NCBI GenBank assembly: GCA_040400605.1
Contig: JBBAPZ010000016.1
Location: forward strand, 25,677-89,676
Reading direction: 5' to 3'
DNA length: 64,000 bases
Source of the DNA: Candidatus Sericytochromatia bacterium
Lineage (GTDB): Bacteria; Cyanobacteriota; Sericytochromatia; S15B-MN24; JAQBPE01
Shown: in pieces, positions 20,038-29,854 of the stretch
Numbering within the stretch: the first letter of the stretch is position 1
How the letters are laid out: each line of letters opens with the position of its first letter
Notes under the pieces: model-generated
The model's input: the letters and a program-made list of their open reading frames with translations, nothing else
The model's database searches: none
Told to the model about the DNA's origin: nothing
Made by a program: the position numbers and the translations under genes

Positions 20038-20061
20038 AAGCGGCGTTTTCGCCGTTTTTTT
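20038..20061 (+). terminator. Short putative intrinsic terminator between secA and prfB
   Basis: CGGCG-TTTT-CGCCG followed by T7. Confidence 0.5.
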
Positions 20062-20074
20062 GGAGAGTGGTGTT

Positions 20075-21203
20075 ATGAACGATTGGAAGAACGAAGCCAA
20101 GGTGCTTGGCGATCGGGTAAGCGATGCCAGGAGGCAGCTTTGACGTTAGCCGTATGGCGCAACGCATTGAGACCTTAGAGCACCTGGCGGGTGAGCCTAC
20201 TTTTTGGGACTCACCGCAAAAGGCGCAGCAGCAGATGCAGGAATTGACGCAGTTAAAAGGGCAGTTGACGCAACTGTCCCAGTGGACGCGAGGCGTTGAG
20301 GATTTGGATGTACTGCTGGAGATGGCGGCCGAAACATCTGATGCTGATATTGATGCGGAGATCGATTCCATCGTCAGGCGCATGCGTCAAGAACTGGACG
20401 CGTTTGAATTGACGCGCTTGCTGTCAGGCCCCTATGACGACTGTGCCGCGATTCTATCCGTTTCTGCGGGGGCAGGTGGAACGGATGCTGCGGATTGGGC
20501 CTTGATGTTGTTTCGGATGTACTCGCGGTGGGCAGAACAGAATGGTTACAAGGCCGAGTTGACGGATATGTCCGAGAATGAGGAAGCGGGTATCAAGGGT
20601 GCGACGATGATTGTTTCAGGTCCGCACGCCTATGGACGTCTCATTGCCGAGAAAGGAACCCATCGCCTGGTGCGGATTTCGCCTTTCAATTCGGCAGGGA
20701 AGCGTCAGACGTCTTTTGCGGGGGTGGATGTCGTACCTGACTTGAAGCAAGACATCGACATCAGCATTGACCCCAAGGATCTGCGTATCGATACGTTTCG
20801 TTCTGGCGGCGCTGGTGGACAAAACGTTAACAAGGTCGAAACGGCCATACGCATTACGCACTTGCCGACCAACACGGTGGTCTCGTGTCAAAATGAGCGC
20901 TCGCAGTTGCAAAACCGTGAGACAGCGATGCGGATCCTGAAATCCCGTCTGTATGATCGCATGATGGCGGAACATGCCGCAAAGCTTGAAGATATCAAAG
21001 GCCCTCAAACGGATGCAGCTTGGGGCAATCAGATCAGATCCTATGTTTTCCATCCATATTCGATGGTGAAAGACCATCGGACGGGCGAGGAGACATCTCA
21101 GGTGCAGGCGGTCATGGATGGGGATATCAATGATTTCATCGGGGCTTATTTGCGCGCACGTGCGCAAGGTCGCTTGCGCGTCGGGGGTGCGGTGGATGAT
21201 TAG
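20075..21203 (+). CDS. prfB: Peptide chain release factor 2 with programmed +1 frameshift
   Basis: ATG 20075 opens 22 codons ending AGG AGG CAG CTT TGA C (20129-20144); the +1 frame continues with SPF and GGQ motifs. Confidence 0.97.
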
Positions 21204-21212
21204 GGATCTAAG

Positions 21213-22253
21213 GTGACGACGTTGAATATGGAACGATTGGACGACATTCTACAGCGCATGGCACGGGGGCGCGTCCTGGTTGTCGGTGATCTCATGGCTG
21301 ATGAGTATGTGACAGGGGAGGTGTCACGGATTTCGCGAGAGGCGCCGGTCTTGATTCTTCGTCACCGTGAAGCCCGCATTTTTCCTGGGGGTGCGGCCAA
21401 TGCAGCCGCGAACATCGCAAGTTTTGGTGCACGTGTCGAAATGGCCGGCGTTGTCGGTGCGGATCCCATGGCCACCCGTTTACAGGAGGTATTGCTGGCA
21501 CGTGGTGTCGGGCTTGCGCAAATCTGTGTAGACCCCAATCGGCCGACAACGACCAAGACGCGCATCTCGGCCAGTTCGCAGCAAACGGTGACACAGCAGA
21601 TCGTGCGAATCGATCAGGAAGTACAAACGCCATTGCCTGAGCCGATCGCAGCGGAATTGTTGACGCGTTTTGAAGCGCAACTGGGTGCGTTTGATGCTGT
21701 ATTGTTGTCCGATTACGGAAACGGCGTGCTCAATCACGAGGTCATTGGTCGACTGATGATGGCGGCAAGCGCCCGTGGCATTCCGGTAACGGTGGATTCC
21801 CAAGGTGACTTGGCCCGCTTTCAAGGGGCACGAATTTTGACGCCAAACCAACCGGAAGCCGAAGCGGTGGCAGGGTTTCCGATCGTTGATGCGGAATCTT
21901 TGCGACGAGCGGGTCAGGCACTCTTGACAATGGCTGATGCGGATGCCGTCTTGATCACCCGAGGGGGTTGCGGCATGGCATTGTTTGAGCGAGAGGGAAC
22001 CTTCTGTGAGATACCGGCATTTAACCGGTCAGATGTGTTTGATGTGACCGGTGCCGGGGACACGGTGGTCGGTACCTTGACGCTCGCGCTCGCAGTTGGC
22101 GCCACTACATCTGAAGCGATGTGGATGGCCAATTTGGCTGCAAGTATTGTTGTGCGTCGTTTCGGCACGTCGGTTACCAACCGTGACGAAATGCTGCAGG
22201 CGGCGGCTGGTCTCCCACCGATGGATGACCGGTTGGGCATCAGGGGGGCTTGA
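21213..22253 (+). CDS. rfaE1: D-glycero-beta-D-manno-heptose-7-phosphate kinase (HldE kinase half)
   Basis: VVGDLMADEYV, RISREAPV, PGGAANAAAN, LSDYGNG, TPNQPE, DVTGAGDT. Confidence 0.9.
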   Translation: MTTLNMERLDDILQRMARGRVLVVGDLMADEYVTGEVSRISREAPVLILRHREARIFPGGAANAAANIASFGARVEMAGVVGADPMATRLQEVLLARGVGLAQICVDPNRPTTTKTRISASSQQTVTQQIVRIDQEVQTPLPEPIAAELLTRFEAQLGAFDAVLLSDYGNGVLNHEVIGRLMMAASARGIPVTVDSQGDLARFQGARILTPNQPEAEAVAGFPIVDAESLRRAGQALLTMADADAVLITRGGCGMALFEREGTFCEIPAFNRSDVFDVTGAGDTVVGTLTLALAVGATTSEAMWMANLAASIVVRRFGTSVTNRDEMLQAAAGLPPMDDRLGIRGA

Positions 22254-22724
22254 ATGGTTTCTGCTGTTTGGGAGTGTGAGGCCTTGGCTGCGCATTTGGT
22301 TGCGCAAGGCGGTGTAACCGTTTTTACGAATGGTTGCTTTGATCTGTTACACGTTGGCCATTTGCGATATTTGCAGCAAGCCCGCCAGTTGGGCGATCGC
22401 TTGGTCGTGGGCGTCAATTCCGATGCTTCCGTGCGTGCGCTCAAAGGACCGACGCGTCCGATCGTGACGGCCGTTGAGCGCGCCGAAATGCTGGCGGGGT
22501 TACGTTGCGTTGATTACGTCGTGCTCTTTGATGATTTGACCGCGTCGTCAGTCATCACCGCGCTCAAGCCTGCGGTGTATGCCAAAGGTGGCGATTATGA
22601 CGTGGAAAACTTGCCCGAAGCGCCTGCGGTTCAGGCGTATGGCGGCGTGATTCAACTGGTGCCGTTCGTGCCAGGGCATTCAACATCGTCGATACTGGCC
22701 CGTGCCGTGGAAACAGCTTCGTAA
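22254..22724 (+). CDS. rfaE2: D-glycero-beta-D-manno-heptose 1-phosphate adenylyltransferase
   Basis: FTNGCFDLLHVGH, GVNSDASV, KGGDY, STSSI. Confidence 0.93.
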   Translation: MVSAVWECEALAAHLVAQGGVTVFTNGCFDLLHVGHLRYLQQARQLGDRLVVGVNSDASVRALKGPTRPIVTAVERAEMLAGLRCVDYVVLFDDLTASSVITALKPAVYAKGGDYDVENLPEAPAVQAYGGVIQLVPFVPGHSTSSILARAVETAS

Positions 22725-22744
22725 AATTGGAAAGGTGGAAAACA

Positions 22745-23281
22745 ATGGCCATTTTGGACGGACGTGGAAGGCTTTTGGGCGTGGTGAACGCGCTTGATGC
22801 GCTCATCACGTTGACAGTGGTCGCGATGCTGGTTGGCATCGTCGTGGTTAAAAGCGGACGGACAGCAGTGACGCGGGTAGTCAGTTCACAGGGTACGGCA
22901 GAAGTTGATCTGCTCATCCGTGCCAACATTCGTGATCTTGGCATGTTCAAGGCAGGGGACAAGGCATTTGTCACCGTGCGCAACCAACCGTATGACAAGG
23001 TGCTTATTCGTGCCGTGCAAGCCAAACGCGCCGAAATAGCGGTGCCGATCAATGATGGCAAGTCATTTCGCATCACCACTGATCCCACAATGCCCTATGC
23101 GTCTGAGGTGATCTTGACATTGCAGGATACCGGGATGGAAACGGAAGACGGCATCGTGTGGGGTGGTCAGAAACTGAAACTTGGCGTTCCCATTGATGTG
23201 GAGGGCTATAAATACCGACTGCGTGGCAGTGTTTTGGACGTTCGAATGGTGCCGCCGGCATCGACGTCAGGAAAAAATTGA
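22745..23281 (+). CDS. DUF4330-like membrane-anchored protein
   Basis: MAILDGRGRLLGVVNALD N-terminus, one TM helix, GGQKLKLG near the C-terminus; recognised from memory of the cyanobacterial family. Confidence 0.7.
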   Translation: MAILDGRGRLLGVVNALDALITLTVVAMLVGIVVVKSGRTAVTRVVSSQGTAEVDLLIRANIRDLGMFKAGDKAFVTVRNQPYDKVLIRAVQAKRAEIAVPINDGKSFRITTDPTMPYASEVILTLQDTGMETEDGIVWGGQKLKLGVPIDVEGYKYRLRGSVLDVRMVPPASTSGKN

Positions 23282-24733
23282 GTGTTGTTGATGTCAGATC
23301 CCGTTCTTGCACGACTTGGTGCAACATTGGCGCTTTGGGACACCAGGTGGGCGCGCATGTTTGATGACAGTATGATCGCACGCCTGGTGCGCGGGGCCGG
23401 GACCTTGTTGGCCATGCCCTTGATGCCTTTCGTGGCGGGATCTTGGTGGATCCGGCACCTGGATGCATTGGTGCTTTGGAGCGTTGGTCTATTGTTTTTT
23501 TTGTCGCCGCTGGTTGGAACGGGCATTAACGCTGCTTTGGTCGTCGTGGCATTTTTATTGTTGGGTTTGCGGTGGGTGGTTCAGCCAGCCTCGCGCCCTT
23601 ATTGGGCGGCGATCGACTTTGCCGTGCTCGGTTATGCGATGGTTCACGTGGTTGCGACCTGTTTTTCCGCCTTTTGGCTGGCCAGTACAAAAGGCTTGCT
23701 GAAGATGGTGATTTATTGGTGCGCCTATTTTTGCTTTCGCAACGTCATGACGATTCGTGGCGAGGCGTGGCGATGGGTGATCTTGGCCTTGATGGCGGCT
23801 GGAACGATACAGGCAGGGATTGGCGTCTATCAATGGGGCATCGGGGTTGAACCATTGGCCAACTGGGAAGATCCTGAAACACTGGACCCTCTGACGCGGG
23901 TATATGCCACCTTGATGAACCCGAACCTGTTGGCAGGTTATCTGCTTCCCATTTTGGCATTGCTGCTGGCTCACGTGTTGATCTGGCGAGGAGTCTGGCG
24001 GTGGTTGGCGTGTGCGGCTGCCTGCTTAAGTGTTGCGTGTATCTTTTTCACCTACAGTCGCGGCGCCTATCTTGCCGTTTTGGCGGAGGGTACTATTTTT
24101 GCGCTTGGCGCATTGGCACTCGTTTGGGCGAATGTCCGACGCAAGGGTACCGTGTTGCTTGCCGCGGGTGCGGCCAGCGTGACGCTTTTGGGGCTTGCGG
24201 GCTACAGAATTTTGTCTGACCCGAGTTTGTTTGCGCGAATCTCATCAATTTTCACGCTTCGCGGACACAGTTCCAATTCATTTCGCATGAACGTATGGAC
24301 CGGCGTGATTCATATGATCGGTGATAATTTCTGGATCGGGGTTGGAATAGGTAACACGGCTTTCAGAAAAATTTACTCACTTTACATGATCAGCGGCTTC
24401 GAAGCGTTGGGCGCCTACAATATTTTTCTTGAAGTGATGGCCGAAATGGGTATTGTTGGCTTGTTGATGTTCCTCGGACTGTTGGGTGTGACCTTTTTTC
24501 GGGTCAAAGTCCTGTTTCAGGTTGAGGAGTGGTCGCATCGTTGTTTGGCCTTGGCCATTCTGGCGGCACTGGTTGGTATGCTGGTAATGGGCATGGTCGA
24601 TACCGTGTATTATCGGCCGGCTATACAATTGCAGTTTTGGTTTTTGTTGGCCTTGGCTTGGGGTATAGGACCCAAAGAATCAACTTTGGCGGCCAAACAG
24701 GGGTCGATCTCGGATCGGACACCTCTGGCCTGA
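23282..24733 (+). CDS. ictB: IctB-family / O-antigen ligase-like integral membrane protein
   Basis: Many TM helices; TRVYATLMNPNLLAGYL, FTYSRGAY, SSNSFRMNVW, GIGNTAFRKIYSLY, DTVYYRP. Confidence 0.8.
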   Translation: MLLMSDPVLARLGATLALWDTRWARMFDDSMIARLVRGAGTLLAMPLMPFVAGSWWIRHLDALVLWSVGLLFFLSPLVGTGINAALVVVAFLLLGLRWVVQPASRPYWAAIDFAVLGYAMVHVVATCFSAFWLASTKGLLKMVIYWCAYFCFRNVMTIRGEAWRWVILALMAAGTIQAGIGVYQWGIGVEPLANWEDPETLDPLTRVYATLMNPNLLAGYLLPILALLLAHVLIWRGVWRWLACAAACLSVACIFFTYSRGAYLAVLAEGTIFALGALALVWANVRRKGTVLLAAGAASVTLLGLAGYRILSDPSLFARISSIFTLRGHSSNSFRMNVWTGVIHMIGDNFWIGVGIGNTAFRKIYSLYMISGFEALGAYNIFLEVMAEMGIVGLLMFLGLLGVTFFRVKVLFQVEEWSHRCLALAILAALVGMLVMGMVDTVYYRPAIQLQFWFLLALAWGIGPKESTLAAKQGSISDRTPLA

Positions 24734-24748
24734 AGGAACGTGTGATCG

Positions 24749-25822
24749 ATGATGGACCCGTTGCTCAATGCACAGATTGACACCATTTTGGTGGTGAATT
24801 TCGGTGGTATCGGGGATGAGATTTTATTTTTTCCGGTCATTCAGTCGTTGAAGGAGGCGTATCCAAAAGCTCGATTGACAGCGTTGGTCGAGCCCAGATG
24901 TGAAGGCATCATGCGTTTTAATCCCGCCATCGATCACGTTGAGGTGTTTGATGCAAAAAATCGGCCGTCGGTGATCGCTTTTGCGGCACTGGTGCTTCGT
25001 TTGCGGCGTCAGCGTTTCGATTTGACAATCACGGCGGGCTCAAGTCCTGTGATGGCGATTCTGGCCCGTTTGACCGGCGCGCGTTACCGTGTGGGTTACG
25101 CTACCCATCGTTTGACTGGTTTGCTGACTCACAAGGTCCCCTTGAACAAGCAACAGTATGCCGGCGCCATGTATCACGACTTGGTGGGTTTTTTGGGTAA
25201 AGCGCCGCGCCTGCCACAAATGTCGATTCCTGCGCGTGATCGCGAATGGGCCCAATCCTTTTTGCAGGCCCATGGCGTCGCGCCATCGGATCGCGTGGTG
25301 TTGTTTCACCCCGGGGTGAGCCAGTTATCGATTCGGAAGAACATTATCAAGGGGTGGGATCCGCTGCGTTGGGGTGCATTGGGGCGACGGTTGACCGATC
25401 AAGGTTTGCGGGTCGTTCTGGCCGGCGGACCGGATGATGCGGACGTGATGGCCCAATTGCGCGCAAGTGGCGGTTTCCCTTTTATTGATGCTTATGGTCA
25501 GACGCAGGGGTTGGGGCAACTGGCAGCGTTAATGAATGCCGTTCATTTGATTGTGGCGGTGGACTCGGCGCCGATGCATGTGGGTGTTGCTGTCGGTACG
25601 CCCGTTGTAGCGGTGTTTGGTCCAACGGATCCGCGCAAACTGTTGCCTGCGGGAACGGCGCACGTGGCAGTCTATGACGAAACCCTTGCGTGTCGGCCTT
25701 GTCTTTGGGATCATCGGAAAACATCGTGCGACGCCTTGAGCTGCCTTAAAAACATCGATGTTGAGCGCGTTGAACGCGCGGTTTTCAAGTTGCTTCCCGG
25801 CAAGGCGATTGAAGGAGCGTAG
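24749..25822 (+). CDS. Glycosyltransferase family 9 (heptosyltransferase-like)
   Basis: GGIGDEILFFP, FHPGVS, DSAPMHVGVAVGTPVVAVFGPTDP, CRPC. Confidence 0.9.
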   Translation: MMDPLLNAQIDTILVVNFGGIGDEILFFPVIQSLKEAYPKARLTALVEPRCEGIMRFNPAIDHVEVFDAKNRPSVIAFAALVLRLRRQRFDLTITAGSSPVMAILARLTGARYRVGYATHRLTGLLTHKVPLNKQQYAGAMYHDLVGFLGKAPRLPQMSIPARDREWAQSFLQAHGVAPSDRVVLFHPGVSQLSIRKNIIKGWDPLRWGALGRRLTDQGLRVVLAGGPDDADVMAQLRASGGFPFIDAYGQTQGLGQLAALMNAVHLIVAVDSAPMHVGVAVGTPVVAVFGPTDPRKLLPAGTAHVAVYDETLACRPCLWDHRKTSCDALSCLKNIDVERVERAVFKLLPGKAIEGA

Positions 25823-25824
25823 CA

Positions 25825-26310
25825 ATGGAGCAATGTCCTGTCGAGTTGAGCAGCACCGACGCCGACCGTCTTTACGGTAGCCACGGTTTGGATGTGTTGC
25901 GCTGTCAACAATTGACCCGAGAGCTCGAAGAACTGAGCGAAAAAATGATTCAGGAGGTGATGATCACCTTTGAGGAGGAAGGCGTTGAGTTGGACTTTTC
26001 GCTGGAGAGTTTAGAGGAACTCGACGCATTGATCACCCAACATTGGCCGGAACCGATTGAGGACGAGGATGCATTGAGTGCGATCGTCGCAAACTGGGGT
26101 GCCTACCTCACGCTGTTGATTCTCCAGAATGTCGGGGGGCAACTGCGTTTCCGGCGGGAGCTCGAACACGTCAGCATTCATTTTGAGCGACTGGACTGGG
26201 AAGTGCTTCCACTCCACCGCGTGCGGCTACGATTTTCCGGACATACCGACCATACATTAACTGATTATTACATTGGGATCGTTGAGCACTTAACAGCGGA
26301 AGCACACTAA
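25825..26310 (+). CDS. Hypothetical acidic protein
   Basis: SD AAGGAG; contiguous with the operon; LDFSLESLEELDALI...WGAYL pattern. Confidence 0.7.
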   Translation: MEQCPVELSSTDADRLYGSHGLDVLRCQQLTRELEELSEKMIQEVMITFEEEGVELDFSLESLEELDALITQHWPEPIEDEDALSAIVANWGAYLTLLILQNVGGQLRFRRELEHVSIHFERLDWEVLPLHRVRLRFSGHTDHTLTDYYIGIVEHLTAEAH

Positions 26311-26348
26311 ATTCGCCCGTCATTCGGTACGTTCAGCACCCGTCACCC

Positions 26349-27212
26349 TCACGCTGAACGTGTTTTACCGCCCGCGCGACGCTTGGAAACATTTGCGTAG
26401 ATCTGCGTGGTGGAGATGTCAGCGTGCCCCAGCAGTTCCTGGATCGAACGAATGTCGACCCCTTTTTCGAGCAAGTGAATGGCAAAAGAATGCCTGAGGG
26501 TGTGCGGCGTGATGTCTTGATCAACCCCGGCTGACTTGGCCGCGTCCTTGACCATTTTCCAGATACACTGCCGAGACAGACGCCGACCTGCATAGTTCAG
26601 AAAGAGCGCGCGCTCGTGTGGACGGCATTTCTGCGTGGGGCGGATCTGGTTGAGGTACACCTCAATCGCGTGAATGGCAGTCTCACTCAGCGGGATGATA
26701 CGCTCCTTACTGTCTTTCCCCACTATCCTGAGATGGCCTTCGTGCAAATTGACGTCTGAAAGGTTGACGCGAGTCAGTTCGGACACACGGAGTCCCCCGG
26801 AATAGAGCAATTCCAGAATGGCCCGTTCACGCGGCGCGGAACCTGCCCCGGACAACAATTGACAGATTTCATTCTGGGTCAGGACTTTCGGCAAGTAGCG
26901 CGCCGTCTTCGGACGTTCGAGAGTTTGAGCAGGGTTGTCAGATATCGCTTGAGTCTGCACCAGAAAATGATAAAAAGTCTTAAGAGCTGCCAACTTGCGC
27001 GCAGAACTGGCACTGGACAACCCCTTGAGCTTGAGGTCTTCCATGAAGTCGCTGAGGGTAGACTGTGACGTCTGGTCCCACTGTCTCAGACCACACGACG
27101 TGGCAAAGTTGAGGTACTGCGTCAGATCGTTTTGATAGGCTGAAATCGTGTTCTCAGCCAAACCGCGGTCAACTGAGAGGTGCTCGAGAAAATCGCGAAT
27201 TTTATGCTGCAT
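26349..27212 (-). CDS. xerD: Site-specific tyrosine recombinase, XerD-like
   Basis: RGLAENTISAY, LPKVL, ELLYSGGLRVSEL, GKDSKER, TPHTLRHSFA, QELLGHADISTTQIY. Confidence 0.9.
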   Translation of the reverse strand: MQHKIRDFLEHLSVDRGLAENTISAYQNDLTQYLNFATSCGLRQWDQTSQSTLSDFMEDLKLKGLSSASSARKLAALKTFYHFLVQTQAISDNPAQTLERPKTARYLPKVLTQNEICQLLSGAGSAPRERAILELLYSGGLRVSELTRVNLSDVNLHEGHLRIVGKDSKERIIPLSETAIHAIEVYLNQIRPTQKCRPHERALFLNYAGRRLSRQCIWKMVKDAAKSAGVDQDITPHTLRHSFAIHLLEKGVDIRSIQELLGHADISTTQIYANVSKRRAGGKTRSA

Positions 27213-27512
27213 CCTGGTTACTTTCACCTGCTCAAGATCAGTTGGCGGCGTTAATTGGGCCAAGGGGGACATCAATGAAACAATCCATTTCTCGACCGGA
27301 ATCGGGCATCGCAAGCGTCGTCGAAACGCGTTGGTTGATTGCATCCTAGCATTGCCACCATCACGTTGTACGTGTGTGATCGCACAGGAACGCCATGTCT
27401 GGCGACATCCCTGAAACCCGCCTGAAATCTAGCTTTCATGCTCTTGTGCCACACACACTTGTGATGCCACCCACGAATCAGTGCGTGATCTGTGATCCGT
27501 GTCGGATCACAT

Positions 27513-27548
27513 AAAAAAACCCTGGTCACCCGTACCGAGTGACCAGGG
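27513..27548 (-). terminator. Intrinsic terminator after the S8 peptidase gene
   Basis: Stem CCCTGGTCAC / GTGACCAGGG with A7 on the + strand (U-tract on the - strand). Confidence 0.8.
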
Positions 27549-27566
27549 CTCATTACACCAAACGTC

Positions 27567-28835
27567 TCAACGCCGCTGTTGGACACCAACCGCCGACAAC
27601 GCCTTTGCCACATTCACACGACCGTAGCCAAACCTTTGATCAAAACCCGTCTCGCCAAGATCATCCGCACTGGCTTCAATGCGAGCCTTCACTTCAGCCT
27701 GCCTTAACTGCGGAAAATGACTGCGAACAAGTCCAGCCAAACCCGCCACAAAAGGCGCAGCCATCGAGGTACCACTCATCGGCCCATAACCTTGGGTTGC
27801 ACGTCCAATCGGGTACGTTGGCAAAGTGGATAAAATGGCGACGCCAGGCGCCGCGACGGATACCGTCTTGCCGAAGTTCGAGAAGGAAGCCTTGGCATCT
27901 TTCGCATCGGTTGCAGCAACCTCAATCACGCCAGGATGCGTCGAGGGAAGGTGCGGCGCAGTTTTGGGGTCATTTAAAGCATTGTTGTTACCAGCGGAGG
28001 CCACCAACACCACATCTTTGTTCAATGCGTATTGAAGCGCGTCCTCGATCACCTGAGACCGCTTGTAAAGCCCCAAGCTCATCGAGATCACATCCGCTCC
28101 GTTATCCACCGCATAAACAATCCCCTCGGCAATGCTGGCATCATCACCGCGTCCCTTTGTATCCAAGACTTTCACCGCCATCAAACCGCAACCGGGCGCA
28201 ACACCCGCGACGCCCGTCTGATTGTTGGCAATGGCAGTCGCGATCCCGGCGCAGTGCGTGCCGTGCCCATGGTCGTCTGCAGGGTTGTTGTTGCGATCCA
28301 ACACGTTGTAACTGGTCGGTACGATCTTGCCTGCAAGATCCGGATGGCGCATATCCACACCTGAATCGACAATGGCCACAACCGTCTCGGCCTTGCCCCA
28401 CTCAATATCCCAGCCTTCAAACGCCCGTGTGACACCCAAGGCATACTGCTCACCAACCTTGGGATCATCCACGACCTTCTCGGCAACCACCAAATTGGTT
28501 GGCGCCGCATAAACGACTTCTCTGTCCCCCTGCAAACTTTTGAGCACCGCGTCAAGTTTACCGGGCGCACCCGCATCAATCACCAAGGTACGCAAAGGCC
28601 CAATTTTGGCCACCACCTTGGGCGAACCGGCATCCTGGCGCCTCAGGGCCTGCGGAACATTGACCCCCTTCAGCCGGATCACCGCGCGGCGGGTCGATGC
28701 ACCGGATGCCGAAAAAGCCTGGGCATCAAACGGCGACGCACCAAGAGCCGTACGAGCCACCGGCACACTCTGCGACAAGTGACCGCAACCACCAAGGACC
28801 ATCACCAATGTTAACACCGTCGATACGCGCTTCAT
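27567..28835 (-). CDS. Subtilisin/thermitase-like S8 serine peptidase, lipoprotein
   Basis: Lipobox VLGGC; VAIVDSG, HGHGTHCAG, ASAGN, SGTSMAAP. Confidence 0.93.
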   Translation of the reverse strand: MKRVSTVLTLVMVLGGCGHLSQSVPVARTALGASPFDAQAFSASGASTRRAVIRLKGVNVPQALRRQDAGSPKVVAKIGPLRTLVIDAGAPGKLDAVLKSLQGDREVVYAAPTNLVVAEKVVDDPKVGEQYALGVTRAFEGWDIEWGKAETVVAIVDSGVDMRHPDLAGKIVPTSYNVLDRNNNPADDHGHGTHCAGIATAIANNQTGVAGVAPGCGLMAVKVLDTKGRGDDASIAEGIVYAVDNGADVISMSLGLYKRSQVIEDALQYALNKDVVLVASAGNNNALNDPKTAPHLPSTHPGVIEVAATDAKDAKASFSNFGKTVSVAAPGVAILSTLPTYPIGRATQGYGPMSGTSMAAPFVAGLAGLVRSHFPQLRQAEVKARIEASADDLGETGFDQRFGYGRVNVAKALSAVGVQQRR

Positions 28836-28883
28836 GTCTCACCATCCTGCTTCAAAAACGTTCCTGCGACTTTGTTCACGACA

Positions 28884-28934
28884 GTATAGCACATTTAATT
28901 TTCATTTTATTTTTTTTTAAACTTTTCTTTACCA
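28884..28934 (-). promoter_or_regulatory. AT-rich putative regulator site (phased TAA) plus -10 TATACT upstream of the S8 peptidase
   Basis: Minus strand tggTAAagaaaagttTAAaaaaaaaTAAaatgaaaatTAAatgtgcTATACT; TAA spacing 12,10,12. Confidence 0.5.
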
Positions 28935-29002
28935 TTGTCTGAGCAGGTTTGCGAAAGGTTGAGCCGATAACGGCTGGGATAGTGTGATAAGGGAGATGAC
29001 TC

Positions 29003-29776
29003 GTGCGGATTCAGGGCGACAATGGCGGATTTGCAGCGATCGATCCATTCAGGTTTTGCTGCCATGCTGTGCTCGGCGTGCTGTTTGCCGCAGGCGGTCT
29101 GGGATGTTCGAAAGAGGTGCAATCCCCCGTGTGTCCCGAGCCGATCCAAAGCGGCAGGGATGTGGCGATTTTACCGATGGAGCCGCCGGGGATACCGGGT
29201 GGAGCGGCACAGGAAACGGTGTCCGTCTTGGCGCGTCAGTGGTCGCAGGTCCGCACGTTTAAGGGGCATTATGATTCGTGGGAAAAAGGGAGCGATGTGG
29301 AATCGTCCAAGGTTGATTTCTGGTTGAAACGGCCGGGGCAGTATCGCTACGAAGTATCCCAGTCTTCTGTGACCATCAAAAATGGGAGCAAGTCGGTGTT
29401 TGACACCCGAACCCGGAAGATCAGCTCGAAGCCGGGCGGCATGTTGAGTATCGTGACTTTGCAAGGAACCCTGGATGATGCGCGGAGCAAGTCAACGCGT
29501 GGTTACACTTTGGATCAAAGTGATTACGCCACGTTGATGGATTTGTTGACTGCTCCGCAAGCGCCGGTTTCGCTGATGCCGGGAAGGCCAAACGTACTGG
29601 TTTTGGCGCGTCCGTCAAAGTTCAGGGATATTGAGTCGATGCGTGCGACCGTCGACCCGGCAAGGGGTGTTTTGACGGGGGTGGAGCTGGTTGTTGGCAA
29701 TCAGGTCGTCTTGCGTAAAAGTTTCAGCGCTCACACGGTAAATCCAGCCATTGAAGCGAGCAAATTCAGTCTTTAG
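29003..29776 (+). CDS. LolA-like lipoprotein-sorting fold protein, predicted lipoprotein
   Basis: Lipobox GLGC; FWLKRPGQYRYEV; VNPAIEASKF C-terminus; SD AAGGGAG. Confidence 0.6.
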   Translation: MRIQGDNGGFAAIDPFRFCCHAVLGVLFAAGGLGCSKEVQSPVCPEPIQSGRDVAILPMEPPGIPGGAAQETVSVLARQWSQVRTFKGHYDSWEKGSDVESSKVDFWLKRPGQYRYEVSQSSVTIKNGSKSVFDTRTRKISSKPGGMLSIVTLQGTLDDARSKSTRGYTLDQSDYATLMDLLTAPQAPVSLMPGRPNVLVLARPSKFRDIESMRATVDPARGVLTGVELVVGNQVVLRKSFSAHTVNPAIEASKFSL

Positions 29777-29854
29777 TCAAGACCGTGCAAATAGTGCGTG
29801 ATCCCCTATACTGTTTGAATGAGTATGGGCGTGGGGACGTGAATCAGGGCAGCA

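Noticed and set aside
20124..20141. ATG 20124 as the prfB start
   Set aside because: Artefact of the programmed frameshift; the true start is ATG 20075 in another frame
26349..27212. Tyrosine recombinase as a prophage or island integrase
   Set aside because: Length and motifs fit housekeeping XerD; no phage genes, tRNA or att repeats nearby
27539..28432. 297-aa + strand ORF
   Set aside because: Antisense to the S8 peptidase; Pro/Arg/Ser-rich composition typical of non-coding frames
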